Below, piece by piece: positions 37,530 to 51,470 of a DNA stretch of 64,000 bases. The first letter of the stretch is position 1. Each line of letters begins with the position of its first letter. The DNA is from Vicugna vicugna. Taxonomy: Eukaryota. The stretch is from assembly GCA_013265495.1 (NCBI GenBank), contig MU058384.1, positions 1,365,690 through 1,429,689 of the forward strand. Reading direction: 5' to 3'. The notes beneath the pieces were generated by a model that ran no database searches, was not told the DNA's origin, and saw only the letters and a program-made list of their open reading frames with translations. The translations under genes and the position numbers were made by a program.

Positions 37530-37745
37530 AGGAACCATGATGTGAAGAAAAAGAGTACGTGCTTTGACTGAGACAGAGCTGCAAGCATCTCCCACCTCCA
37601 CTACTTACTGCTGTGTTATCTTAGGTGGTTATTCAACACTCTGGTTCTGTTTTGATGTCTATATCTTGAAGATAATATGTACAATACACAGCTGTGATGA
37701 GGTTTAGGAAGAAAATGTATTAAAAATTCTGTGTCTGGCATATAA
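37530..37745 (+). mobile_element. MIR
   Basis: 'cccacctccactacttactgctgtgttatcttagg...gctgtgatgaggttta...gtgtctggcatata'. Confidence 0.65.
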
Positions 37746-40214
37746 CCACCCCCTCACCATAAGTTGTATCATGGTTGGCATGGTCTTGCAAGGACACCTA
37801 AATGATCAAATTCATATGCCCAGGTGTCTTCTACTCCAGCAGGGGTTGGAGTATAGTTTGGACCATATAATAGTCCTTCTACCCAGGGCTATTATATGGA
37901 ACTGAGCAGCTCTGTTTTATCTTGCTCCAGGGGACAGAGACAGGACAAATGATGCAAGACAAATTTTGGTTCACTGTCCTGAAGAATTGCCTAGCAATCA
38001 GAACTGTCTGACAATGGCCTCGACTGCTTCTTAAAATAATGAGACTCTTGCCTCTCTTTGTGTTCATACAGAGACTGGATTCTTGCGCACTTTAGACATG
38101 GTAGGAGAGAAACTTGCCGAGATGGGATGGCTGCCCCTCCAGCCTGATGGGTTCCCTCCAGCTGTACAGCTCGGAGTCTCTGTAGCCTCGTGGACAAGGG
38201 CTAAACACAAATAATGTATCAGGCTGTCAGATTCAACAAATGTTTTTCTTCTGCTTCTGAGGACCATAGTTAGTCTTTAAATAAACATACCATTAATATG
38301 AGACTAGAATTTCCAGCCTCTGGTAAAATGAACACAATATTGGACAGGGAACATTTATATCTCAAAGAGACATAATGACAGTCATAGCTACAGGATTCCA
38401 AAGTGAACTAATGTTCAGTTTTGTAATAATTAACGACCACATAAAATGGCTGAAAAGATAATAAAAAAATGTGCATGAGTCTGCTATAATCAAGGGAATG
38501 CTTAAATAAACTACTGTTTTGTCAGGGGAATTGTGGCCCTAAAGTCAGTTCCAAACAACACAAATAAGGTCGTTAATGAAAAGGTCTATCTCCAGTTAAC
38601 AGCTAAGTAGCAGGTTGAGAATTCCTACTTTGAATACTAGCAAAGGAATCATAAACATTTTCTTGTCAGATGTACTTCCCAGATGTAAGGACACTCAATG
38701 TCTCAGCAATTAAGGTAAGGCAGAGAAAAACAGGAAAGTTGGAAAGCAACAAACGAGTTAATTGTTGTTTTAATAAATACTCAAATACCCAAGAGATAGT
38801 TATCATGCGTTACACAATTGACAGAAGGGACATCCTTTTTTTCCCCTTCTCTCCTGTTTCCTCAGCATACTCTCTCTCTCTTTCTTTCTCTCCTCTGGCC
38901 ATTTTTCTTCCCAAAGGGGCCTCCTGAATTGCTTACAAACTCTGAGGTTTCCTCATGTTTCCACACTTTAAAATGCCCTCCTTTCTCCCACTCCATTCTG
39001 CAAAATCTACTCTTCAAAAATAGAAATAACCTTTCCCAAAGAAACGTCACCCTGAAAGACTCATAGTTGGTCAAGTCAGTCATTTCCAAATAAGTTAACC
39101 ACAATAAAAAAGAAACTTCAGTAAAATCTCATGCCATTTAGAACTAATATTTACTATTATTTGATATTTATCCAGATACAGCAAAAAACTACAGGAAAGG
39201 AATTTCAGGACATATGTCAGCATCCAAAGATTTTCCACATAATATGTTTCTACATTAAACTCTGGCCTAATACACAGCTCCTGTAATATTTTTCTTAAGT
39301 CCTCTTTACACTAACAATAGTTATTTAAAGCCTTCCTATAAAGGTTCCACATCATATGTTGTGTTGTAGCTCAGAAGTCTGAATACTGCTCATGACTAAG
39401 TGTTGTAATGTCACTGCAAAAGTTCCAAGAAGAAAAGTCACTCTCAACACAACACTACTTTGGGATGTCCTGTTAGTGGCTGAAAGTCCCCCAGAGAAGG
39501 AACTCCGTGCTCTGAAGTGCGGGCCCAGGAACTTGACCTTTTCACACCCCCATGGGGAAGCCTCTTCCGAAGACTGACCTCATCGCAGCCAACACGTATA
39601 TCTATGTATAGACTCAATCCCAATTTAAGATATGGCAAGAACTGTCACTGCTAAAGGGACCAGCTCATTCTCTCCCCATAGAAGTTTTGTGGGGATTCAG
39701 CCTCAGACACTTTGGTGAGCAGTGAATGAGAAAGAGAAAAAGAGAGGGTTTCAAAGATGAAGAGAATGTCTAATGGGACAGCCCGAGGTGTGTGTGTCAA
39801 GGTTGTGACTATCACTGAGTCTGGACAGGCCAGTTTTACAGACCAGGTAGCAGTTCCCCTGGAGAGTGCTAGATAGGACACTGACAGAGATAACCTTTTT
39901 CTGCTTCCTTATAACTGACCAGCATTCTGATGACTAATTTTTTTAATATATAAATACTTTCAAGACATATCAATGTCAAATGTTGATGATCTGGGTACAA
40001 TTTATATTTTTAAGTGATTTTGCATTTCTCTGCTCTGATCTACTTTGTTGATTTTAGTGTCTTACTCTAAAGGGAGGGGGTAGGGGAATTTCTCTTGGAA
40101 ATTCGATTATTAAAAACTGTAGACCTGTTGGAAACATGAAACACAGCTGAGAAGGCTTTTATATAATCACATCAAAAGTGATGCATTGAGAAGCTACAGC
40201 CCGTAGAGAGTGTG

Positions 40215-40390
40215 ACTGACTCCTGGTCCCACCACATGTCACTTGTGTGAGCACTGGTCAAATTATTTAATCTCTCAGATCCTCAGTTTGATCCTCTACA
40301 AAGTGAGAATAACATCTGGTCCACACAGGTTGTGACATGAAGACTTAATCGGTGGAGTGATGTGTAAAGAGTCTGATGCACTAAGGGGCA
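40215..40390 (+). mobile_element. MIR
   Basis: 'ggtcaaattatttaatctctcagatcctcagtttgatcctctacaaagtgagaataac'. Confidence 0.65.
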
Positions 40391-42492
40391 CATTCCTCAC
40401 TGATTTCTTTTCCCTCATTACCCACTCCCCTCCAGAAAATAAACCTTCGCATTATCTTGCACTGTCTTCCTAACAAGTGACGTGAATTTACATGGGACTC
40501 ATGCGTATTCCCCCTTGTTTGTATCCCACCTCCTTCCTCTCCAGTCACCTACTGGGACGTATATCATGATGAGCATCAGCAAAGTCATTGTCAGGACTAA
40601 TGTCTTCTTTTACATGCCTTATCCCTTCACAGCATCGCTGTCTCAATCTGTCCCATGTCAATTTGCACTTGGTGACACATTGCTCAGTTTCATTACTTCC
40701 TGTGTGCCTTGTGGCCCTAATATTTCAACTTCTTGTGAGTAAAAATTTTGCTTTGTAGCTCTTTAGAACTGGCCCCCTCAGTCACTTAAGCCCCAACCCC
40801 CACTTCTAGCTAAGGCGGCAGCGGCATTAATCATGTGTTGACTATCTGGCTGATGAGAAATTATTTTACCTCTACAGAAGGAGGAAGTCTATGGAGGACC
40901 TGTTAGATATATCAAAGCAGCAGAAAAAAAAAAAAGAGGGAAATCAAAGAAGATGAGGAAGTTATGTACTCTTCCCCTCCTCTAAAAGGCAAATGATTTA
41001 TTCACTTCAAACTCACAAGGAATACAGGTACCTTCCCTGTGGCTAACTTTCTACAAATAGCAGTAGCAAAGAAAAGCCAGAAATGCAAGTATCAAAGCCG
41101 AGGAAACAGAAACCCTTGAAGAAAAAAGCCACAATAAATCAATAGGTACTTAGAGTTACAAAGAAATTAAAGAACGTAAATGCAAACATTTTTCCGAAGT
41201 GTATCTTATAGCATCTTAAAACATTTGCTATAAAAATAGATGTCTACTGTGGTACATATAATTGAATAGATGTAGACTGGAAATATTAATAATTAAACCA
41301 ATCCACAACTGAGTAAGTTTTCTTTTAACAGAAGTGAAAAATGAATAATTTCAAAATGGATGAAAGGCAAAGTTTTACATTGATTAAAACTGGATTAAAA
41401 GAGAAAAAACAGAACTCAATAAGCAATTTTTGTCTCTGCTTTTCTGTCCCATAAAAACTCTTGAAGAACGTTTTCCCTCCATTCATTTCCCAAAGGAGAG
41501 ACATTAATTCCAGGAATGTGCTTCTGCTGAGATAGAAAACTGCATATTTGTTACCAAAGAATTACACCTAGGAATGAGTGTTTTCATTGTGGACAGATTT
41601 GGAGGGAAATTAGTAAATAAAATTCAAATTAGGGCAAAATCAAATCATAATAGACAAATGGGAAAACAAATCCCATCTGGATGTGTGGTAGTCAGATTTT
41701 TACTAAGCAATAAAAATGGGAAAATGGCTTCAAGATTAAAATCTCCTCATTTAAATGCAGCCCCATTAAAACTTGATAATTTTAAGTTAATATGATTAAC
41801 TTTAATATTGTACAACCTATATAAGATTTTGATTAACATGACCTGATGGATGGGAATGAAATATCCCTTTAAAAATATTTCAGGATAATTATGAGGAGCT
41901 GCTTGTAAGTTACACACTGAAATTATTTTAAAATGTTCTCCTATAATAAGGAAAAAAAATTTAATTTTATCCTTTCTAAAAAGCACCCCAGAAAACTTAT
42001 CAACATTAAAGTGGATTTATGTTGATGTTTAAAACTTTTAAAGGATTCTATGACACTCTGAGATAATTCTTGACACTTGGGAATCCAAACCATAGAAGGT
42101 AACTCACTTATCTAAAAGAAGACTACAATACTCTTCAATTAAGAGATGTTTAAAGTAAAATGACTTTAAAGAAATTTCTGCTGCAGGAAAAGCTTTAAAA
42201 CACATGTAACATATTTGAAAAGTAAAGCAGAGGAAGTCCTTGGATTTGAAAAATGCTTCTAAGTATTTGTAGCTCTTCAAAAAATGAGTTAGTTTCAGTC
42301 AAAACTTAAAGAATCAATGATAAATAGGAAAGAATGACAGCAAGCTATGAGGGTTTGGAATGAGGCTTTTGGAACAAAGCAGCTCAGAGATGTCTTTGAC
42401 CTGGAGTTTATTAAGGCGTATGTACATCTGCCATAAATAAGGAAATATTGGTCAGAAGTTATTGGAGAAAAAAAAAATCTATGCCAAAGCAA

Positions 42493-42494
42493 GT

Positions 42495-42525
<31 letters not shown>
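42493..42525. repeat. (TG)n microsatellite
   Basis: Directly visible. Confidence 0.95.
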
Positions 42526-42526
<1 letters not shown>

Positions 42527-42947
42527 TTTGTGTATTTGAACAACTGGACTCATCTAGTTGAAATACAATCCTTTTCTCCAGGAGCTAGATAGAAGATTTA
42601 AAATATAGATGGGTCTAGTTAAAGGCAGTCAAGTGGATAAAAGAAATTATTCACATTCCCATTTGAAATAAGAAAATAAAATGGAGGGAAATTAAAGGAC
42701 TAAAGAAGAAAAAAGGAAGCAAATTATTCTTTAAAAAAGCAAATACTTTGTAGTCATTAGTATTATTTTTTCATGGCTATTAAATAATTTCCAGAATTCC
42801 TAATGCTGAAGGTGGGGAGGGAGGGAGAGGAGTGGGAGGAAGAAGAGAAGAGGAAGTGGAAAGAGACAGAAATAGGGGAGAGAAGTGAAAGCTCATGGAG
42901 AAAAATTATTATTGAATATCTGGCTTTTTTTCTTGCAATCTCTCATT

Positions 42948-43130
42948 CTTTTAATTTAATTTTTTTATATATAGCAGCATTATTTACAATAGCCAGACAT
43001 GAGAGCAACCTAACTTTCCATCAATAGATGACTGGATAAAGATGTCATGAGATACAAACACACACACACACAATGGAATACTATGCTACTACACAGCCAT
43101 AAAAAAGAATGAAATAATGTCATTTGCAGT
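42948..43130 (-). mobile_element. Short L1 insertion with 5' inversion (tail on - strand, body on + strand)
   Basis: TSD aatctctcatt at 42937-42947 and 43131-43141; T-rich tail at ~42948-42967; the sense L1 body matches 62512-62683. Confidence 0.8.
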
Positions 43131-43234
43131 AATCTCTCATTTGGAAACTAGTCTATGACTATTCCATTGGTTTGTCACAGGTTAAACTTACTGAAAACTT
43201 TTAGAGAGACTTTGAAGCTGGGGATGACTACCAT

Positions 43235-43420
43235 CTAATAAGTGTCTTTTTAGTGCCAGATTCTCTGCCAAGCTCTTTACATAAATTATTACATTGAAAC
43301 TCACAATAGCCTTGGAATGTATGCACTACTATTATTAATTTTTTAGAAGATAAGGACACTGTAGTATTGTAACATGCCCCAGGTCTCACAACATGTTGAT
43401 ACCAAAGACTGGCTCTGCAC
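43235..43420 (-). mobile_element. MIR
   Basis: 'gtgccagattctctgccaagctctttacata...ctcacaatagcctt...ttttagaagataaggacactg'. Confidence 0.7.
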
Positions 43421-43599
43421 AATCTCATGAATCAGTGATTGCCACAGTGGTTCCAGGACTCGCATGGGCCACAGTGGTGAGTTCTACCAGGATATCAAAG
43501 ATGTCATGAATCCAGGTTCAGCCACTGATACCCAAAGCACCATACCATGTTAATGTGGCTGGCTGCTAAGATGATTCCTTTAATTTTATGTTGCTCCCA

Positions 43600-44340
43600 A
43601 ACACTATCACACAATCCCTCCTTTTCCTTGGATAAGATCCCTTTGGGGCAACCCTAGTATTCGTTTCTGCCTCCAGATTGTGATAGATGACACCAAGGCT
43701 GACTACAAAGTTTCTGGACTTTGTGTGAGTGTATGGGCAGTTCCATGTTGGAGTAATCACAGATAAAATCATATCTAGATGTAGTTTTTAAATTGAAGAT
43801 TCTTATCCTTTACTTACTGGCATCAGCCCTAACACTGACACTTACTCTGAGACACTTTGAAACAACTTACATAAAATGCAACACCCTGAATGGGACTTTT
43901 TTTTTTGCCAGTGGTCTGGATCCCATCTTCTGGTAGAAAAATCTTAAAGTAATTCAGTTTGGTGTGAGTTTATTTTGTCATCCCTTCTGGGTTCCCAATT
44001 ACAGGACTTTAAGTCCAACTTAGAGTGCAGGCTGAAGGCAAAAATTGCTGCCCTTCATCTCCTCCAGTGTGGCTTTCTGATGGCTTGATTCTAGCCTGAT
44101 TTTATCTTTCATGATGAAAACACCATGAGACAATCAAAACAAACTCATATTTTGATTTTTCCCCACTATTTCACCAGTAACAGGCAACACCTTGACTGGA
44201 TGTTTGCCACTATATATCATGGCCACCAGTTTTCCAGCTTTCAACATCTGAGAACTTAGTATCTTCCTCCCACTTATTTCACTTAGACAATGTCGAAATT
44301 TCGATTCTGTTTTGCAGGACCCAATTCCTGCTACCAAGTT
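43600..44340 (-). mobile_element. MaLR (MLT1) internal-sequence fragment adjoining its LTR
   Basis: Minus strand starts TGGTAGCAGGAATTGGGTCCTGCAAAACAGA directly after the LTR, like MLT1-int 5' ends. Left boundary uncertain. Confidence 0.55.
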
Positions 44341-44800
44341 CAGTACGACTTAATTCAGCCATCTGTAACAGATATTCTGCAAAAACAGTGGCTTAAATGT
44401 GATAGTTTATTTCTCTTGCAGATTAAAGAAATCCAAAAGGCAAGAATGGCAGCTTTATGGTTCACTGCTGTACCAGCCTCTTGTTTTTAGCTACCATTTT
44501 GTCATCTTTAACACATGGCTTACACTCTCAAGACCATCATGTACTGGCCCAAGATGGTTGCTAGAACCACAGGTATAATAGCCCATCCTAAACAGAAAGA
44601 AAAAGAAATGGAGAAAGATAAGCACTCTTATCTTTATAATGAAAGCTTTTCAGAAACACAACACTTCTATTTAATTCTCAGAGGGAATAACCTAGTTGTT
44701 GGCCACACTCAGGTGCAAAGGAGGGTGAGAAATGTCAGCTTTTTAGCCAAGTGACTTGTGCTGATCTAAAATTATCAGGAATTTTTTTTGAAAAGAAGAA
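44341..44800 (-). mobile_element. MLT1I/J-like LTR
   Basis: 'ctgtaacaga...aaacagtggcttaaa...gtttatttctct...ccaagatggttgct...ggccacactcaggtgcaaaggagggtgagaaatg'. Confidence 0.75.
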
Positions 44801-46489
44801 AATAAATGCTTTGACATAATTCTTATATATTGTTTCTCATAGATGTTTTAGAAATTTCTGATAGGAGATTAACCTAAATTTTATGTGTCTACCTTCGCCA
44901 TCATGCGTGCTTAGCTATCAAAGCATTAACAAATGATTTCTATTAGCCTCATGTTTTTCACATATTTCACTAGAGAATTATCTAAAAAGTCAGACCTTTT
45001 TTGGAGATTAAACTGGAAAAAAAAGAAAGAAATATGTGTCCATTCAGATACACACATGTAATTGGTATGGAGCCCCTACCTATGATGAAAAACCTACCAC
45101 CACAGGGAATTTGTTTGTTATAATTTGCTGTATAGAGTAACATTTTCTTATTTACACAATATTTACCAGACTTAAAGCTAATAGCAAAAAGAAATTATTC
45201 CAAAAAAATTGTATTACTGAGATGACTCTTTGGCCAAAATTTAAGCGGAATCAAATTTGTAAGTTTGCAAAAGGAAATTGAGTTACTTTCCCCATACCTA
45301 TAAATTTCTTGAATCCAGTTAGCACTAGACATAACAACATATTACAAGAGAGTCAGCCTGTTTTGCTGTTTATAGCTCAAAAAGTACTGGATATCTCCCA
45401 GGATATTCCAGTCTTAGGAGGATTCCAACAAACATGCAGAACTGAGTGGTTCAGATTGAAGCACAGATTGGAATTAGAATGTGGACAGTATTCCAATTTC
45501 AACGTGCCTGATTTTTGAGATTCAGCCTCTATTCATACAGCCTCCTACAGTGAGACATTTATGAATAAAATTTGGAGAGAAAATGGAGTCAATATGTCAA
45601 TACATAATCTTCATTACTGATACAATGAAAATGAAAATTCATCACTTTCACATAATCCATGATTCATTCTGAGGTAGATGGTAGTTGCATACAGTTTTTT
45701 TTTAACTTTAAAAGATACTGTAAACAAATGCTTAAAATCTTGAGTGGCACAGATATTATAATATCACAAATATACACTTATTCCATAAAATAAGTTGTTT
45801 TTATATATGTTTAAAACAGACTCTTGGTAATCATTTGTGGGTTATTGAGCAACATTTTCATTATCATGTACAATCAACATATTTACTTAATAAAGGTATC
45901 AAAGGCTCTAAGAAGCAGTAAATACACACTAAGCCATAAATTAGTGGGTCATTTCTGTAATATAAAGTTCAGTATTCATATAAAGTAGACTTTCCTCCTT
46001 TTTACTCTCTGCTCTTAGTTTTAATTTCTTTATCTAGTAAATATTCAGCACACAGAAGGTATTAAATAAAGGAGGTTAAGTAATAGGTAGGTCAGTGGTA
46101 ATATTAGAATTATCTTTTTACAAAGAGATGCATTAAGAAGCAATGTAGGTCAGTCCTGCAGAGCCTGAGTAACTGGTTCTGATACTGACAAAGGGTTCAG
46201 TTTGACTAATCCTAAAGATCACTTACTACCAACACATGGAATTTGAACTTAGTGGGGTCAATATCTGACATAAAGATGACAAAAGGATTCAATCAGTGTT
46301 GCTACACCTTAATCACTATGGAGAAGCAAGGTCGTTCAAGGTTTCCAGACATTACAAAACCTCTATGTACTCAGTAATTAGAAAAACCTATTAACAAGTA
46401 AAAGTTAATAACCCAATTCTGTTTTACTTTTATCCATTGGGGGGGAGGGGAGGGGAAATTTTATTGGATTTATTAATTTTATTTATAAT

Positions 46490-46600
46490 TTAACTCTGTA
46501 AATTTACTAAAATTCATTAAACTGTACACCTAAAATGGATGAATTAATGATATGTAAAGTAGATGCTAATAAAATAAACATTTAAAAATTTAAAAAAACA
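46490..46600 (+). mobile_element. Old L1 extreme 3' end
   Basis: 'aaattcattaaactgtacacctaaaatggatgaatt...atgtaaa...aataaaa' followed by an A-rich tail. Confidence 0.65.
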
Positions 46601-46929
46601 ATTTATATACGTGATTCTAGAGAATCTGTGATATCATGAGAAAAATAAGCTTGAGACCACTGATAACTATTTCCTTAATTTTCCGGTACATAATATTTTT
46701 ACCCTTTTCAATATTCTCTTCCAACCTAGAAAGATATGTTTTCCTTGTCTTCAATATTTGATATGTATATTTCCAATTTCACCATTTCTTTACCAGACAG
46801 AAAATGGAAAGGGAAAAAATTGAAAAGAAAAAAAAATCATAGAGATATATATGATTACTAGATAATCACAGATACTCATCTACAAATTAAACTTTTGTTA
46901 TTTAATATAAAAATTTAAACCACTAGCCT

Positions 46930-47140
46930 GGTTGTAGAAATTGGGAAAGCTGGATTTTTATCCTAGCTCTGTCTTGACTTTCTGGGTGAACTTGAATCAC
47001 TTTCCTGAGTAATAATTTTCTTGTCCATAAAATGAAAAGGATGATGCTCAAATTTCCTTTCATGGCATCATTGTAAGAATCACATTGAACAATTCATATC
47101 AAAAACTTTTAAAGTATGAAGAATTCTAGAGTAAAATGTT
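46930..47140 (+). mobile_element. MIR
   Basis: 'ctggattttatcctagctctgtc...gtgaacttg...ccataaaatgaaaagg...ttgtaagaatcac'. Confidence 0.6.
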
Positions 47141-47912
47141 AGCTTTATTAAAAAAATCAACCTAAAATATGACATGCAACACTCATCAAAAAGATAAAGT
47201 AGGACTTCATTATTGGCATGTCAAAATGATTATTTGCTTCATAAACAAGTTTTCCACGAGATTACTATTTTCATTTAAGGGAAATATGAAAGAGGAGAAA
47301 GGGAAAGATAGAAAATTCTAGATATCTCTGTGAGTTGTGTGTTTTAAATGTGACTTGTGTTTATGTTTTAAGATTACAGACTACTCAGAATTGCCTCATG
47401 CAGATTCCTCTTTGTTTGAGGTATTTATATCCTTTGGAATTTTGTTGCTAACTAGAATGAAAAGACTATAAAACATTTTTGTCAAACAGTAAGGCTTCGT
47501 TAGCTAATTTTTGCAGACTAAAATGGAATCCAAACCAAATGCAGAATTTAGAATTTTCTAATAGCTTGTAAATGATTTAATTTTGTGTTTGTGATTCCAT
47601 CAAATTTCATCTTTTCTTCCCCTTCAGCAAATCATTATTTAAAGAAGACCTTCTCTACCTCTCTCTTTGCACTCCCATCTCCAAATTTCAGTTTTCCACA
47701 CACTGATGTCCTGGGGAGTAAATCAAGAAAGCGAGCCAGTGGGACACATTCACATTCTGTTCTCAAGGATACTTATGTGTGCAATGCTATTTCCTACCCT
47801 AGCCTGCACACACAAATGCACACACATACACTCTGAAGCCAGTCACTGAAGATTACAATGGTTCCTCTGAAAACAATCATTCGGAACAAATGAGCAAAAA
47901 ACATCATTTGCT

Positions 47913-47982
47913 CTTCCTTCCTTCCTTCCTTCCCTCCCTCCTTCTTTCCTTCTTTCCTTCCTTCCTTCCTTCCTTCCTTCTA
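47913..47982. repeat. (TTCC)n microsatellite, imperfect
   Basis: Directly visible. Confidence 0.95.
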
Positions 47983-49659
47983 TCCTTTCTTTTTATTTAT
48001 TTATTTTCTGGAGAGTTTTCTAAAGTTCAACAGTGATTTCTTTAATTAAGAGAGAAAAAAAAAAAAAACCCAGGAGAGAACAAGAAGGAATAGTAAACAG
48101 TTCCCTCCGCTGCCTAAGGGGTGAGTTACAAAATAAACATCTCATAGTCTGGGCCACATCTCCTCTAATGAGACAGCTCTGGCTAGAGAGACTGCAGCTC
48201 AAGTCCCTCCATTAAGGGCATTCACTTGGAAAAATTAAGTGACCCACTTGTGTTGACTAAACAGCCTCGCAGAGGTTTTTCACAACCACCTACAGCATTT
48301 TTTGACAATTTGCCTTGTGCTTACCACTGTCTTTCCTGAAGGCTCTCTCTGCTGCATTTTGTTTTAATGGTTCAGCCTCCTCACTGGTAATTCAAAGTTT
48401 AAGCTCTTCCTTTTAAGCCTTCATTATAAAATAAAACCCTTTAACCCAGAGAAAAGGAGAGGTAAGAAGGGTGTTCGGTGTGATTTTGGGTGGAACATAC
48501 AGAGACAGGAAATTAGTATTACATTTCGTTTCCTTCTCCAAACCAAAACATTCAGATAAAAGATTATTCACATTTGTAAAATTTGCCTTGAGCTCCTTGG
48601 AGGGAAAATGCTGCATAAAATCTAAAAATAAGTAATGATCAAAATGCCTTAGAGTTAAAAAAAAAAAAAGGAACATTCTAGTAATAACCAGAGATGTTAG
48701 CACAGGTCCAAGAAATGCCAGGAGAAGTCACAGGATATTTTTTGCAATCCAGAGGCATGTCACATATCAAAAAGTATTATGACCTATCAAAATTAGGTCA
48801 CTATCTCTAATACAATAAACACACATAAACTATTAATGAACATGAAATGCTATTTCTATTCATTCATAAAGAGATAGAAATAAGAGGGTAACTTGGCTGA
48901 AGTCATTGGAAAAACAACTGAATTTTAGCTCAGTGTTTCCAAGCGAGAAAAACTCAACAAGGGTCATATTTCATAGCATTAAAGATGATACGAGACAAAA
49001 ATCTAAACCATTCATTTATTTGCCTTTCAAGCTACAATTAGGGGCTGTTAATTTATGAAAGTGTTTGTTCACACGTCACCCAGCGCAGCAGTAAATACTG
49101 AAACATGTAATTCACTTGCAGCTCTCTCCTCTCCACTGGATCTATTTCTTTGACCCACTCACAAAAGGCATTTTTCTTTCTACTACATGAAATCATTGAT
49201 TTCTGCTCTCTGTTTTGACCATTGTGTTCAAAACCAAAGGAAAATACACCTATATAAATTTGCCTCCCCTAAACGTGGAAACATGTGCATTTTTAAATGT
49301 CACTTTAAAAAATAAATTATTAGCTAAGCATCTTGGGATTGAATCGGAAACTAGGAGACCCAGAATGCCTGAGTTGACTCCAAGAGAGGCTGGGTCTTTG
49401 CTGTTATCCTTTTACACCTACTTGCCATCGCTTCCTTGTTATCTTCAGCGGTAATATCTCCCTTCTCTGCTACAACTATCCAAACCCAATGCGGATTTCA
49501 CAACCTTGCCTTAGAACCCACGTTTTCTCATTCTTCAGAAATCTTCTTTGAAAGTAACAGCTTTAAATTGTCTCCTTTCTCTGAATCCTTTCGGTCGCTA
49601 GATTTTGTACTGCCCTACTTAGGACTCGACAATCTTGGATTATGTATGTTAGCCTTGTC

Positions 49660-49920
49660 ATTAATACTCACTCCACCAGCATTTTCTGAGTGCCTACTGT
49701 GGGCTGGGTAGAGCTCTAGCTGCAGGGTTACAGAAATAAACTGAACAGACAAAAAGCTCTGCTCTAATTGGAGTTTATATTTTATTGGAATTTTCAGACA
49801 ATAAAAAGTATAGATAAATATAGTGCCCAGTAGTGACAGTGCTAAGAGAAAAGCTAAAGCATAACAAGTAGATTAGAAATCTCATAAGGAAGATATATGT
49901 TGGGGGAGACGGGTGCCTAT
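49660..49920 (-). mobile_element. L2 3' end
   Basis: 'cattttctgagtgcctactgtgggctggg...acagacaaaaagctctgctctaattggagtttatatt'. Confidence 0.75.
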
Positions 49921-50181
49921 TTGTCAGTAGAGTTCTTATTTATCTCATTTTGATGAAGACAGTTGAAAACTTCCTTACAAACTAGCATAAGAAAAGGCTT
50001 CTGCAAACCACTGCTGTATAGTTCTTAGCACAGTGATGGACATAATACAGGTAAAAATAAACAATAACTAATTCTTTAAGTTCTTTGCCATTGTTTTGCT
50101 CTATAACTTTAAGTAAGCTATTTTTCCCTCTAACTCATTTTCTGATAGGGAAGAAACTAAAGATCTTAACACTATGCTAAA

Positions 50182-50191
50182 AATAATAATA

Positions 50192-50247
<56 letters not shown>
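50182..50247. repeat. (AAT)n microsatellite, one interruption
   Basis: Directly visible. Confidence 0.97.
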
Positions 50248-50248
<1 letters not shown>

Positions 50249-50254
50249 GTAGTG

Positions 50255-50400
50255 TTTTAGAAGTAAAGTCTTGAATTTTGAATTCACCTCTATTACTCAG
50301 TTACTCTGCGACCTTGGCCAAATCAACTTTTCTCGGTATCTCTTTGTCATTTGTAAAATAGTAATAATTTACACCTGCTTCACCGAATAAGTACCAATGA
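50255..50400 (+). mobile_element. MIR
   Basis: 'tttgaattcacctct...ttactctgcgaccttggccaaatca...catttgtaaaatag'. Confidence 0.6.
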
Positions 50401-51439
50401 GGCCAGATATTTGACAATATCGGTAAGCTGGCAGGCAACTGGTGGTTATTATTATCATCCAATGAGAAGTTTAGAAGAAAAGAAATTTCCAGGATGCCCA
50501 GTCAGGAGGGTGGTGCACGTAAAAGGGATCTTAGTCTGGGAAGCACATTGGAGCTTCAAGAACATGCTTATAACATTTTCACAAGACAATATTTTGAAAC
50601 TTGCCCAAGGGCTCCAACCAATAAAAGCCAAAGTTGCCACTGGTTGAAAGAATAAACCTCCAGAAGCTATATGGTATCTGTTCCTGTAGTTTATCCTTAA
50701 ATGGAGAAAAGCAATCACACACAGAGAGAAATACCAAGAAATACCAAGGCAATCAGCCCTGAAGTCGCTAGGGAACTTGAGGCAAGCCACATACTTTTGT
50801 TTCAATAACTAACTAAACACATGCTTCACTCAGGTCTGCTCTTGGGTACTTTTATGGCTTATAGTTAACTCTGCTGGGTAAAGGTCTTACCACTACCCCA
50901 ACCATGGGCCCTGATGCCTAATGGCTTCTCACCCTGACATTCAAGTCTGCAGTCACCACATGGGGTCTTCAATTTCAGGATTTGAGAAATCATGTGTCCC
51001 CCAGAAGCTGCAGAAAAAGACCCAGGTGGCTGTGGCCATTACTGAACTGTCTGTCTATTCTAGTGGCTCTTTGTTTCATGTCTAACTGAAGCATGTAAAA
51101 ATGCAAAGACGGAATATGGGACATCAGAGAGGTATACCTGAGTCACTCAAGCGTTTCTGATAAAAAAAAAAAGTTGAATTATTTGGATTCCATTCAGAAG
51201 CATGCTGAGAAAGAAAAATTTGAAACTGAGTGTCTGGATTAAAGACTCTTTAAAGGGAGCAAGAAAAGTCCTGTGTTTACACAAGGTCCGAAGGAGGCTC
51301 TCTCTGCATCTTTCCTCATGGCATTAGGAAGCGGGCTCTCACCAGAGCACAATCCTCATAGCCCAGCTGTCGAGTCTGTGGTGACACTGTGATCACAAAT
51401 CCTTTTGGCATTGTCAGCGATAACTACTTGGAGTCAGGG

Positions 51440-51470
51440 TTGTTTTGTTTTGTTTTGTTTTGTTTTGTTT
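51440..51470. repeat. (TTTTG)n repeat
   Basis: Directly visible. Confidence 0.9.

Noticed and set aside
38045..38150. Acceptor-like site followed by DWILAHFRH
   Set aside because: Too short, unrecognised, no supporting neighbouring exons.
46436..46486. G-run plus tttatt resembling a camelid SINE tail
   Set aside because: No tRNA-derived body (A/B boxes) is present.
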